IMG/VR virus record: IMGVR_UViG_3300045125_000031
Span: 1-64,000 of that record
Direction: 5' to 3' (one strand)
Length of the DNA stretch: 64,000 bases
DNA from: a virus
Shown one piece after another: positions 36,201 to 46,912 of this stretch. Positions within the stretch are counted from its first letter, which is position 1. Every line of letters begins with the position of its first letter. A program made the translations under genes and the position numbers. A model generated the notes under the pieces. It did not search any database. It had not been told where the DNA came from and worked only from the letters and a program-made list of their open reading frames with translations.

Positions 36201-37252
36201 ATCTTCAATAGATACAACGGTTTGGTTTTCAACTGCGTTTAGAAAGTTAATTTTTCTGCTAGTTGATCTACTTGATCAATACCAAAAGCATTCTGTTAAT
36301 GATATTGTTGTTTCTAAGTGCTTGCTGTTGTTCAACTCCACCAAGAACTGCAAGTCTTAGTTGCTTCTGTCAACTTGTGCTAGTTAAGTCTGCCCACTTG
36401 AATTACCTGCTGCTGCTGCATCTGCAGCCATCTCCATTGTGTCTGTAACTGCAACTCCATACTTAGTAAATTCTTTTGCAAGTTTTCAATATTTTCTAAT
36501 GCTTGATTTGTTTCTGCAGTTGTTGTAAACATATCACCATAAACACGTTTAAATCTTAATTACTTGATGCTTCAATATCCATAAATGTTTTTGATGCATG
36601 TGTTCCAAGCATTGTAAGTGGAATAGTAAAACCAACCATCAACTGACGACCAGCCCACTGTGTATTCTTACCAAAATTTAAAAGGTTTAGTAGATCCTTG
36701 TTTTAACTAATTGATTAAATAATTGCTTGTCTTTGTGCAGCACATTGACTGTCTTGTAGCATAGTTCTGTAATATTACATGCCATTTGTAGAGTTGGCAT
36801 AACATGCATTGCATTCAATAATGCCACCTTGGGCATCACGACCCATCTTGAATGTATTGAGTCTGTAATGTCTTTTACACGTCTATCTCTACGTGCACAA
36901 TTAATAGTGTCACATTCTTGAGCAAATAATTTGCCAAATGTTTTTGTATTGTAGCAGCAGCCATGCTGTATCTGAAGTACTCACGAAGAGATAGTTTATT
37001 TTTTTCTAATGCTGTCAGTAAACGCTAATGTACTTGATGCTACTTTTGCTTGACTTAGCTGCAAACTTACCAGTAGCACCTATTGCTTGAACTAGTTGAG
37101 CATTTAAACCTTTTTGTGCATTTGCAGCAGCCAGGTTTGCCTCAGCAAGTTGTTGATGAAACCTACTGAGGCCTGCCTGTAATCTGCTGTAATTCTGCTA
37201 AAGCATCGGCAGTATTAAAATTAATACTAATATTAGCATTTACATCTGCCAA
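27278..37252 (-). CDS. Tape measure protein, ~3,300 aa, with internal non-TMP domains (fragmented by indels)
   Basis: TTG start at 37252 (MADVNANISINFNTADALAEL). Phage TMP core (FGKNTQWAGRQLMVGF, FLNAVENQT, EGGINASEGANALKSGL), hydrophobic segments, long coiled coils and C-terminal D.IPSMLTPGEFV. Flanked by the chaperones and Dit. Confidence 0.88.
27990..28118 (-). repeat. Low-complexity coding repeat (GDT)4 then (GNGNT)~4 within the TMP C-terminus
   Basis: 9-nt and 15-nt tandem units translate as DGDTGDTGDTGDTGNGNTGNGNTGNGNTGNGNS. Confidence 0.85.
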
Positions 37253-37267
37253 TTCCTTAACACCTCT

Positions 37268-37611
37268 TTATTTATTTATTTTACTAGTACCAGATACAAC
37301 TGAGCATCTGCATTCTGGATTAACCAGATGCTGCATCAATTATTTGATAAACTGTAGGAAGATCTAGAAGTATCCTCTAAGTTGATCTCTGTCTTCTGCC
37401 AATTCTGGCTTGTATTGTTTCATTGCAATTTGAACACAGTCCATTAAAATATCCATTGACTTTTCGTTGTCTTCTGCTACTGAAGTTAACTCATCGAACT
37501 TTAGCATGAATGGTCTTAAAAGAGATAATCTTCAAGTGCTCTTACTTGAATCTCTGTATTATCGATTAATGTAATTGATTTCTTATTTTCTTTATGGCTT
37601 GTCGTAGCCAT
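37268..37611 (-). CDS. Tail assembly chaperone (gpG-like, short form)
   Basis: MATTSHK...LKI.LLRPFMLKF...DILMDCVQIAMKQYKPELAEDRDQLED.LDLPTVYQIIDAASG; immediately before the TMP; AGGAGG RBS. Confidence 0.7.
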
Positions 37612-37655
37612 TTTTCCTCCTTAAGGTATTGAATTAATTATACCATAGTGAGCCT

Positions 37656-38365
37656 TTATTTTTGTGTAAGATCCTCGTAATCTAAGACCCATTCCAATTC
37701 CAAACCCTGCCTTTTGTGCATTTATATCCCTGTAATGCAGTAACATCGTTAGGGTCATTTGTTGCTACCTCTACTAAATACTCTAGCCTTCATCTCTTCC
37801 CACTCTATCTGACCTTTTATTGTTATTTGCTTTATCTAAATCTACACCCTGCATTGCAGCCAAGAACTTCTTTCTGGGAATAGTCTAAGTTCTCTACTTG
37901 TTTCTAATGTTGCCATTAATTCTGGCATTGATAATGATGATTCTAATTCTTGATAATCTTTCCAAATACCCAGCAAAAATACTTCTGACTCTAGTTTTGC
38001 TAAGATCTAATTCATCCCACTGTAGATCCGCTTTCTGTGCTTGATCTTTTACTGTTTCTTCTAGACTTTTTATTAATTTTAATTCCAGCAGCAATATCTA
38101 AAATTTTATATATTGTTGGCAAATCAATATTATCTTCTAACTCTTCTATAGTGTTGATATTTCTGGATAGTACTGCTTCATTGCTATATCTAGTACATTC
38201 TACAAAAGCATCTATAGCCTCATCATCGTTGGTTTGCAGTTTTAATATTTTGCAAATGCTTCCATAAATTCACGTAAGATACTTTATTTTAAGTGGATTA
38301 ATATCAGTTCTGTTACCATCTAATAAGTTCTAATATGTTTCACTTTTATATACAGTAGTTGCCAT
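37656..38365 (-). CDS. Tail assembly chaperone, long form (gpG-like domain fused to gpT-like domain)
   Basis: N-half PLKIKYLREFMEAF...AMKQYYPE...ELEDNIDLPTIYKILDIAAG is paralogous to the next gene. C-half WDELDL..LESEVFLLGIWKDYQELESSLSMPELMATL...KKFLAAMQGVDLD. Confidence 0.65.
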
Positions 38366-38390
38366 AGCCTATTATATCTATTATACCATA

Positions 38391-38421
38391 ACAACAAAGC
38401 CCACCTCCGAAGAGATGGGCT
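38391..38421 (-). terminator. Intrinsic terminator after the major tail protein gene
   Basis: Minus strand AGCCCATCTC-TTCG-GAGGTGGGCT-TTGTTGTT: 10-bp stem, cUUCGg tetraloop, U-rich tail. Confidence 0.85.
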
Positions 38422-38442
38422 AAGTCGTATAATTATATTAAA

Positions 38443-39098
38443 TTATGATGCTGGTGTGAATGTACGATCTACGATCTTACCGTATGAACCAGATGTGTCC
38501 TCTGGAAGCAGACGGAATGAAACTTCAAACATTGATGCCTCATCACGCTTTGCAGATACTGTTACATTCTCAATTGAGAGTGCACGGTATGCTGTGTAAA
38601 CACGTTCTACTGTATGCAGAATCATACACAGTCACCTGTTCCTGGACCAACTGCAACGATACCACGCTCAACTGGACATTCTCCAATGTCACCTGCTGAA
38701 AGGTTAAGTGCTGCGTTACCTGCAGACTGTTGTACCAGATATCTTTGATCTTTGACTATGCCAAAGACAATAAGAAGATTTTCTAGTGTTGCTTCTGCAA
38801 ATGCAGTAGCAAGGTTTACCTGCATGCCCTGCTTGTAAAGTTTAGCAACGTCAAGAACCTGGTCAACCTGCAACTTCACCGAAGTCTGGCTGGAACTGTA
38901 GTTCCAAGACCATTCATTGTGTAACCTACGTTACGGATAACCTGCCTCATCGGAAAGAGTTGTCTTGTATGATACGACCTGCAGTTAGTATCCTAGAATG
39001 CTGTACACCTGCTTCTGGTAGAACACCATCTGTCGTATGTGAAGCAGTGCTGCTGCACCAACGATGATATTATTGCTAGTACCACGTGTATATGCCAT
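38443..39098 (-). CDS. Major tail (tube) protein
   Basis: MAYTRGTSNNIIVGAAAL...NVGYTMNG.ELQFQPDFGEVQVDQVLDVAKLYKQGMQVNLATAFAEATLENL...KRDEASMFEVSFRLLP; GAGGTG RBS; terminator downstream. Confidence 0.85.
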
Positions 39099-39175
39099 GT
39101 ATTTCACCTCTTCCTTGTATAGTAAATATAAAAGTTTGGCGATGTTTCCTCATTGATAATTATACAGCCTTTTTA

Positions 39176-39760
39176 TTAGTTTATATGAGTCTATTACGTC
39201 TTGCATTTGATGGTAATCGTAGTCTATGATGATCTTGTTCCCCGCATAAGTTCGGGCTGTTGCCGAAGTCGACTATAGTCTCTTGCCTCTTCTAACTGAT
39301 AGACTTTAATAGTTATGGAAGTAGAACTTACACAACATGCCACCAATACCACCTGCGTCACTCTTGATTTGGCCCATGCGTGTTAACTCTTGAGCTGTTT
39401 CATCTCCACGATCTAAGTATCTCAGTACTATTTCTTGTAGTTATGTATCATTGTTTGGTACTGGATTAGCTGCCTGTGCATAAATAATAATATAAAACCT
39501 GTTCACATTTAATGATGTGGAAATGGCCTGTCTACGCATTCTAAATCATTCTGTCCCATTAACAGCCATGACTCTTGAGTTTCTGGAAATGATGTATTAG
39601 AAGTGCCTCAAGACTAGAAGGGCCTGTTGGGAATAATGGAAATATTAATAATGAGATTTCCTGTATTATCTGGATCTACAATCTGGCTTAAGTTTTTCTT
39701 GCAGGTATGTGTTAATCCATAGCACTGGTGTATTTAATACTGATGTATTGATTCTGTCAT
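39176..39760 (-). CDS. Tail terminator-like / tail completion protein
   Basis: Position before the MTP; fragments PVLWINTYLQEKL, YLDRGDETAQELN, YAGNKIIIDYDYHQ; heavily frameshifted. Confidence 0.5.
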
Positions 39761-40447
39761 TTAATTGCCCACCGCATTATGCTACCCATCTGATATCCAG
39801 CCTTAAGTCCTACAGATGCTACCGCCACGCTTTCCTGCATTCTGAAGTTTTTTGCTATAAACCTTTGGATTACTTAAAGTATTGTCCAAGGCCACTTGAT
39901 CTCTAAGAATGATTGTCTAAAATATACTTCAAAGAAGTTCAGAAATAACATTTTGCAAAAGTGTCCCTCTGTCTGTCCTCCAGGATTCTTTACAGCTAAC
40001 TTCTCTTGAAGTAAATACTTCTTCTCCGTTTATTTCAAACCTTAGTGCCTAGTGCTTTTGTTGGTTTAATTGTTACGGCAATACCTATTTCCATAACTTC
40101 TTGCTTTATTATAAAATGGAACATTAGATCCATTGTTTAATTGATGTAGATTGTTTTAATGATGATCTAAATGTTAAACCAATATTACTAATTGTATAGT
40201 CAATATCAAATAATCTTGCTTCTGGACTTCCAGTTTTATGCCATTCATACACATGGTGCAATAACTCTGGAGATACTCTTGCGTTAGCATCTATAAACTG
40301 TCCTGCTAATTCTGATATCTGTGGTCCTAATGCTGTGTACATAGCCCTCTTGCCACGATTAACTCCTTCTATAAAGCCAGTGGAGTAGTTCATTATATTA
40401 TTCATTTCTTTTTCAAACTGTTTGCTATTAAATTTTACTCTTAACAT
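39761..40447 (-). CDS. Neck / head-tail joining protein
   Basis: ORF 40124..40447 (LHHVYEW..TGSPEARLFDI) continues through PFYNKA.VMEIG..VTIKP; position in the head-tail block. Confidence 0.55.
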
Positions 40448-40896
40448 TAAACATCTACCGCCTGATTTTCAGATCTACGAATAATCAATTTATAATATTC
40501 TACACTTCCAAACGGACCAGTGAATGGATCCTGTGCTGCTATTTCAAATATTGTAGATTTTCCTGCACGAGGACCTGAAGTTTCTAGATATATTTCGTTG
40601 CAATTTTTATCACGAATGTTTGTAATGATAACGTTAGTAATTGAATTACGAGCCTCTAAACTTGAAATTCTAATATCAGTTTTAGCACGTCCAAGCAATG
40701 TTTTATCTTGTGTTATATTTATATTTGGAATAACTTCTTCTTTAAATGCTGTACCTGCTGGAGCAAAAGAACATGCAATTGTTCTATCTAATATCCAAGT
40801 CTTTTTAACTTCTCCATAAATACCTTGCTCAACTATTGGATGATAAACATCTGCTTGCATTGGGAATGCGAAGTCTGTAGTTTCGCATATTGTCAT
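40447..40896 (-). CDS. Head-closure (stopper) protein
   Basis: Intact 149-aa ORF with QGIYGEVKKTW; canonical position after the adaptor. Confidence 0.6.
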   Translation of the reverse strand: MTICETTDFAFPMQADVYHPIVEQGIYGEVKKTWILDRTIACSFAPAGTAFKEEVIPNINITQDKTLLGRAKTDIRISSLEARNSITNVIITNIRDKNCNEIYLETSGPRAGKSTIFEIAAQDPFTGPFGSVEYYKLIIRRSENQAVDV

Positions 40897-41778
40897 TATA
40901 GTACTCCGACAAAATTGATAGGCTTTTCATACTTAGAAAGTATCTTGTCTACAATTAAATTACCAGTTCCACTAAATAATGCTTTATCAAATTGAATTCT
41001 AAACTGATCTGTATTATATGAACCAATATATCTTTTATAATAATCTAATCTGCCACAATCAATATCGTGTATTAATAACTCTGTTGCTCTCTTAATATCT
41101 GATGGAACTTTATTATAACCAACTTCTAAAACTATTTGATAATTCCAACCCATTGGAAATCCTCTTTGAGAAAAATTAAAATCTATATAGTCTGTTGGGG
41201 ATCCAGGATATAGTATTGGTGCTGATTCATTCTTATTTATTAAACCTGCATATGTCATTGTCAATGCAGAACCGTCTCCAGTTATTTCAAATTTTACTAA
41301 AGAATTTTCTATATCATCAGCATCATACAACAAAACATTATTTTCATAAACTTTTAAAATATTTTTTGCATTAACCTATAGTGGGATGTAATCTAATCCT
41401 AAACCTGTTGTTTCAATTACCTTTTTCTTATAATAAAATTCTTGATCTGGCAAATATGCATCAATAATTGCTCTTGCCAATTCTTCATTTTTCTTATATG
41501 ACTCTATCTCTGTAGCAGTTGATCCATTATCATTTGGGTTTGAGTATGGTCTTACTACATCTACATATGTATCTTCTCCATCTACCGTGATTTTATATTG
41601 ATTATCATATTTTGAAGATAGTGGAATAGTTATTTTGCCTGATGCATTAGATGTAACTTCTCCTGTGAGTTTCTGAAGAGTCCGCCATATCAGTAATAGC
41701 GTATTCATACTCTGTAGTTGCTAAAGCAACATCAAGCATAACGCTTAAATTATATGGCGGAACTCTTAGAATTTCCAT
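40896..41778 (-). CDS. Head-to-tail adaptor
   Basis: ELARAIIDAYL...VGYNKVPSDIKRATELLI...TGNLIVDKILSKY adaptor motifs; two frameshifts. Confidence 0.7.
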
Positions 41779-42239
41779 CTAGTTGCCAAACTCCTTGGCT
41801 ACTTCTTCTGGTGTAGCAAGTCTAACGTGGCTACGTGTTAACCACTTTTCAGCCTGATCTGGTGTAACGATGTTATATCCACGATATACCTTACCAACTG
41901 AACTCCAACTTACATTCTTTGTAGAATAGATTGCTACTGTCTTCTTTGGCTTCGCTGAAGAAGCTATTAACAACCTGCTTGACTGGACGTGGTGTTTCAG
42001 CAACACCAATAACGCCATTTTCTATTGATCCTACAGCCTGAACTGTATCACTTGAAGATGCGCTAAGATCTGCTGTTGTAATAGCATCAGAAGACTCTGG
42101 TACTTCAGAAACTGATGCCTCAACATTATTTTTCTTGAGCAACCGCTTCAACATTAGTTGATGGCTGATTGTTTTCTAACTTGTATTTTTCCCAAGCGTT
42201 TAATTCCTGGGGTTGTTCTGCATTATTGTTTTCTTCCAT
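41779..42239 (-). CDS. Hypothetical protein following MCP (acidic N-terminus)
   Basis: GGAGG RBS and ATG at 42239; C-terminus TVAIYSTKNVSW..VGKVYRGYNIV...AEKWLTRSHVRLATPEEVAKEFGN. Confidence 0.6.
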
Positions 42240-42275
42240 TATTTACCTCCTTGTGACTATTATAACAGAATAATA

Positions 42276-42316
42276 AAAGTTAAGAGGGGGAGGAGAATTA
42301 ACCCCTTCCCCCTCTC
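42276..42316 (-). terminator. Hairpin terminator after the major capsid gene
   Basis: Minus strand AGAGGGGGAAGGGG-TTAA-TTCTCCTCCCCCTCT followed by TAACTTTT. Confidence 0.7.
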
Positions 42317-42335
42317 AAAGGTTACTGCTTACAGA

Positions 42336-43474
42336 TTACTCTGCTGCAGAGTCTGCCCATGCGATTGCATCTTCTTCTTCCCATTGGATACCGAAGCGAA
42401 CGAATACAGTATATTCAATTGTATCCTTCTTCGCAACGTATTCACGGTTTACGATGATATCACGCTGGAAGCCCCAAACACGGTTCTGTGGGAATGTCAA
42501 GTCGACATAACCTGCAGGGTAGTAAGGAACTTCTTGGACATCGATACCTAGAACACGAGTTGTACGTGCTCCACCGAATGTCTGACCAGCACCGTCTAAG
42601 TAAGACTGTGTGTTGGCGTATGTATTACCATTCTTGCCAAGTGCTTCAGCGATAGCATCTGAAAGAGTACCGTTATTCTTAACGATACCTGCGAATGCAT
42701 CTGTACCTACATAGAACTTAAGATTATTCTTAAGTGCACGGTACTTGCGTGGCATAGCGAGAATGATGTCCTGCATTACTGCAGGTGTCCAAGCATTGTC
42801 AGCAACAGTGATTGCTGCTTCATGCGAGTCTCCATTATCCTTGTGCTTCTTGATGAAGCCAGGCATAATTGAAAGGAAGTGGCGCTGTTGCACCATCACC
42901 GTTGATAGCAAGATCTTCAATGTCATTTGCGAATGCATTTGTCATCAAGCGAACGAGATGATCTTCTAATGCACCACCTTCGACATTGTCTTCTAGTGCT
43001 TCAGCAGATACTTCCCAATCTAGACGAATCTTCTTGGTTGTAAGTTCTACCTTTGTAGAATGTCGCACCAGTGTTTGTATAGTTTCCAACTGCTTGAGCA
43101 GCAGCACGAATTACACGCTCACCAACGTTGATCTTCTCAAGTTCCATGGTGTTTGCTCTCATCGTCACACGACGACCATCTTGAGCGAGAACTGTAGCAT
43201 CCCAAACGTAGTCAATAAAACGACGTGCCTGTTCAGGGCGTAGGATTCCGCTTGCAGCATCACCCGAAGGGTTTACGGCATTAGGACCAGTGGTAACACC
43301 AAGGTTAGCGTTAGGAATATTTCCTAGTGCGCCACCATCAGTATAATTGCCAGGGATGTTTGATCCTGCTTCAGAACCTGATGCGAATGCACCTTGTCCC
43401 TGATATAAACCTGGTGTTGTTCCACCGAGTTGGCCTGATTCTCCTGGCTGGTTTTTCTTAATTTCTTCCGACAT
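42336..43474 (-). CDS. Major capsid protein (HK97 fold)
   Basis: SGILRPEQARRFIDYVWDATVL, KVELTTKKIRLDWEVSAEALEDNVEG, FANDIEDLAINGD, NRVWGFQRDI; highly biased codon usage; two frameshifts. Confidence 0.92.
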
Positions 43475-43502
43475 ATTGTCACCTCCTAAGTGATTCTGCT
43501 TA

Positions 43503-44838
43503 TTAATTACTAAATAAGTCGGCTGTTTTGAGGAAACGTCCGCCCCATAGGGATTTTTCAACCATTTCTGGTCGATCCTGTACGATCTCGCCTAGATCTC
43601 CAGACTTTCGGAAAGCAGTATCTGCTTCTACTGCATCTACTCTCTTTCCAAACTTATCAACATGTTCAACTGTTGCAGCAATGTCTTTGGCGACTGCATC
43701 AAGTGAACTCTTTACTGCTGCTGTATCGACCTTTGTAGACTTAAGCATTTCTACTTCTGCCTGCAAAGACTTTACAGTTTCAACTAAATCGCTAAAGGCT
43801 GATGTAATTGTACTCTTGATTTCTGCAACTGCTTCAACAATTGCTTCATCTGACTTAGATACTTCTGTTGCAACTTCTGCTGCTGGTGCTTCAACTGATT
43901 CTTCAGCCTTTGCAACTTCTTCTGCTGGAGTCTCTTCAGACTTTTCAACAGTATCTTCTGCTACTTCAACCTCTTCAGATTTTTCAGTAACTTCTGCAAC
44001 AGTAGTTTCAACTACGGCATCTGCCTCTGGAGCGATTTCTTCTGACTTAGTAACTTCGGTTTCTTCAACCTTTGTCTTTTTTGCCATAGGATTATCCTCC
44101 TTCTTAATCTTAGCATCAATGCCTTTAGCACTATCTACTAAGAATTTGACTATATCCATTTTTTCATTATCCGTTTTTTCAACGAACCCTATATTTTTCA
44201 TTTCATTTCCGTTAACTGGACTTGTTACAGATTCCTCTTCTGACACCATAACCAAACCAGACTCTTCATCATAAAAAACATTTTCTAATGCAACATCTTG
44301 TCCCTTAACAACATCTACTCCATCCACCTTTTCAACTTGCATAATGTTTGCAAACTGATTTGCTGGAGAATCAACTAATGACAACTCAACAAGATCATAA
44401 TCTTTAATAATTCTAATTGTGGAATCTGACTTCTCATCGTAACCGTCATCCCACTTATTCATACGACCACCAATAGAGAATCCTGTTAGTGTACCGTCCA
44501 AAACTTTTTCCCATGTATCTTGTGCACCCTTTGAAACATATGCTGAAACAAAAACACCAGAATAAAACTTTTTAGATTCTGGATCAAAGTATCTATCTTC
44601 TTTAAAATTAACCATTTTACCAACAGCAAGTGGCTGGTGCATTTCACGAATGTTTCCACGGAATTTTGAAAATGCTTTTAGTGATGCTTCTGCTGTAACT
44701 ATATCGTCCTTGCTTATCAACATTATCAAGAGATGCAAAACCAGAGACGATACGTCGCTCCTTATCAACCTTCGCAAATGGAAGGGAAAGTCTTACTGAG
44801 TCGCCAGTGGTATCCCAATGGGCTTTAGATATAGTCAT
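43503..44838 (-). CDS. Prohead protease (XkdF-like) fused to an acidic/coiled-coil scaffold
   Basis: RIVSGFAS, NIREMHQ, WEKVLDGTLTGFSIGG, ELSLVDSPANQ, then an E/A/V-rich region with repeated (V/T)xKS motifs. Confidence 0.88.
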
Positions 44839-44877
44839 ACTAGAATATATTATAGAGCCTTTTTTGCGATATCTCAA

Positions 44878-46493
44878 TTACTGAGATGATCGACCTTCAC
44901 CCTTTGGATTTCTTCCAGTAATTGTGGCTGACCCATCGGACTGATTATTTGTTCTTTCTGCATCCCGTGCTCTATCAGCATTATCGTTTGCTGCTTGCTC
45001 TGGCTTTAGGATTGAAATGGCTCATCTCCATCCTTCCCTTTGAGGAAGTCCTAGTGCAGTTCATTAGCTTCATTTGGAAGCATTACCTGAGTCTTTACAT
45101 ATCTTTCAAGAATCTGAGACTGAGCAATTTCATCTGTAAGAGTTAGTTCCTTAAACTTAAGTTCTAAAATATCAGTCTTTTCTTTAATTATCTTATTAAT
45201 TATTTTCTCAATTTCTTTTGTGCTGGTCTTGCTACCTGCTCTTTAAATGTACGATCTTGAGCAAGTGCTGCTGCAATTGAACCTGCATCTGCACCACCTA
45301 GTCTTTGAAAGTAGGAACTTGATGAGCAATCAAAATATCATCACGATTTTGCTTTACGATACTCTTTCAAATGAACCTTCTTGAATACCGTTTTCAATTG
45401 GCTCCATCTTAAATTCAACCTTGTTATTATCTGTATCTCCAGGAAGTGGGATATAAAGAGTTCTGTGTGATTGAGACTTTAAGACCTGTCTGTAAGAATC
45501 TAAACATTTTATCTTCTGCATCTAGCTGATAGTTGTAGCACCCTTTAGGGTCATAATATATCTTGGGACAGCCTTATTTTCAAAATAATCAATGTTATAT
45601 TGTGACGCTAAGCTGGTCTCCATGAGCAAGTTGGCATTGCCGACAATAATATCTGGAACACCATAAAATGTATTTAATGGAGAGTATTGTTTAAAGTGTA
45701 TTATTTCATTTGGTCTTGGATCCGCTGTAACTGGATTCGGATTTTTTGCACCAAAATTTCTAAAATAGACAACCTTATTTCCGATTATCTGAACGTAGCC
45801 ATCTCGCAATCTACGAACACGCATTGTAGTTGCTGGTATATGTCCTACATATCCAATCTCTCCACGAGTGGTTCGTCCAATTTCAAGATACCCGTTTCCA
45901 GTTGCTTGTACATCTGTGTAAACCTTCATCATTGTTGTTGTAAAAGAATCATCATCATTTAATGACTCTAGCCATTCATGCATTTCAATCTTTACACGTT
46001 CAATTCTATTTACGTGCTCTTGACACTTGATCCTGTATCATTATTTGATTCTAGCCTAAGCATTGTGCTTGGTGCAACTTCAAAATCGATAACCTAAACC
46101 AACAATGTTTTCTACCTTTGCATCAATGGCAGCATGGTTAGCAAAAGATGTATCGTAATAATTTGCAAGTTCATAAACATTGTATGGCGGTGTAATTACA
46201 TCAAACAGTCCATAGCCATTTCTGTATACTGTTCCAGGATTAATCTCTTTTGACTTTGCATCTCCAAGTCCGTGTTGCTCTGCTCTTGCGCTATCGATAT
46301 AACCTTGTCCTGGATCGTTTGCTGACTTTTCCATAAAACGTGATGTTCTTCTTTTAAAGTTATTATCCAAACCAGAGTATGACTTTAATTCTGTCCATGT
46401 CTTATTAAAAGGATCTGATGTTTTAAAAGAGTCAGTTGGCTCTATAATATTATCAATACTTGCTCTAAGAATATAATCTTGATCTTCTGACAT
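44878..46493 (-). CDS. Portal protein
   Basis: HAAIDAKVENIVGLGY, TGNGYLEIGR, NEIIHFKQYSPLNTFYGVP, YFENKAVP, AHQVP; followed by protease and MCP. Confidence 0.9.
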
Positions 46494-46894
46494 TATTCTT
46501 CGTCTCCATACTTTGCAATAGTATCTTTTGCTGCTTGTACTGCTCCAAGGTCATTTAAGTTAGGAATTAATCCAGCCTTCATTCTATCTACTTGTTCACT
46601 GTACTCTTCGTCAGTAACTCTTCCCATACCCGCAAAAATATGGCTCCCCATCTGGCTCTCCATAATATGCTGCTGCTTGTTTTAATTCTGCAATTCTTGC
46701 AAGATCACCCTTCATTGATGGAATGTTTAATATGTTTCCATTTCCATCAGTAAACCACTTACCGTTAGACTTTTCCAAACATAGATACCCCAGTCATACT
46801 GCTTGTCGATTAGTGTAACCTTGGTTTCGCCTATCTGGCCAGGCATTCTTGGCTTGCCTTTTTTGTCAAAAAGTGGCTGATCTTTGTGTTTCAT
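46493..46894 (-). CDS. Conserved hypothetical protein upstream of portal
   Basis: MKHKDQPLFDKKGKPRMPGQIG...YDWGIYVW...WFTDGNGNILNIPSMKGD...RVTDEEYSEQVDRMKAGLIP. Confidence 0.65.
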
Positions 46895-46912
46895 AACCAC
46901 CAGTATACCATA

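Noticed and set aside
27600-44274. Long plus-strand ORFs (e.g. 27600..28181, 31289..31735, 43528..44274)
   Set aside because: They are antisense shadows of TMP and scaffold genes with biased codon usage, with no RBS or recognisable domains.
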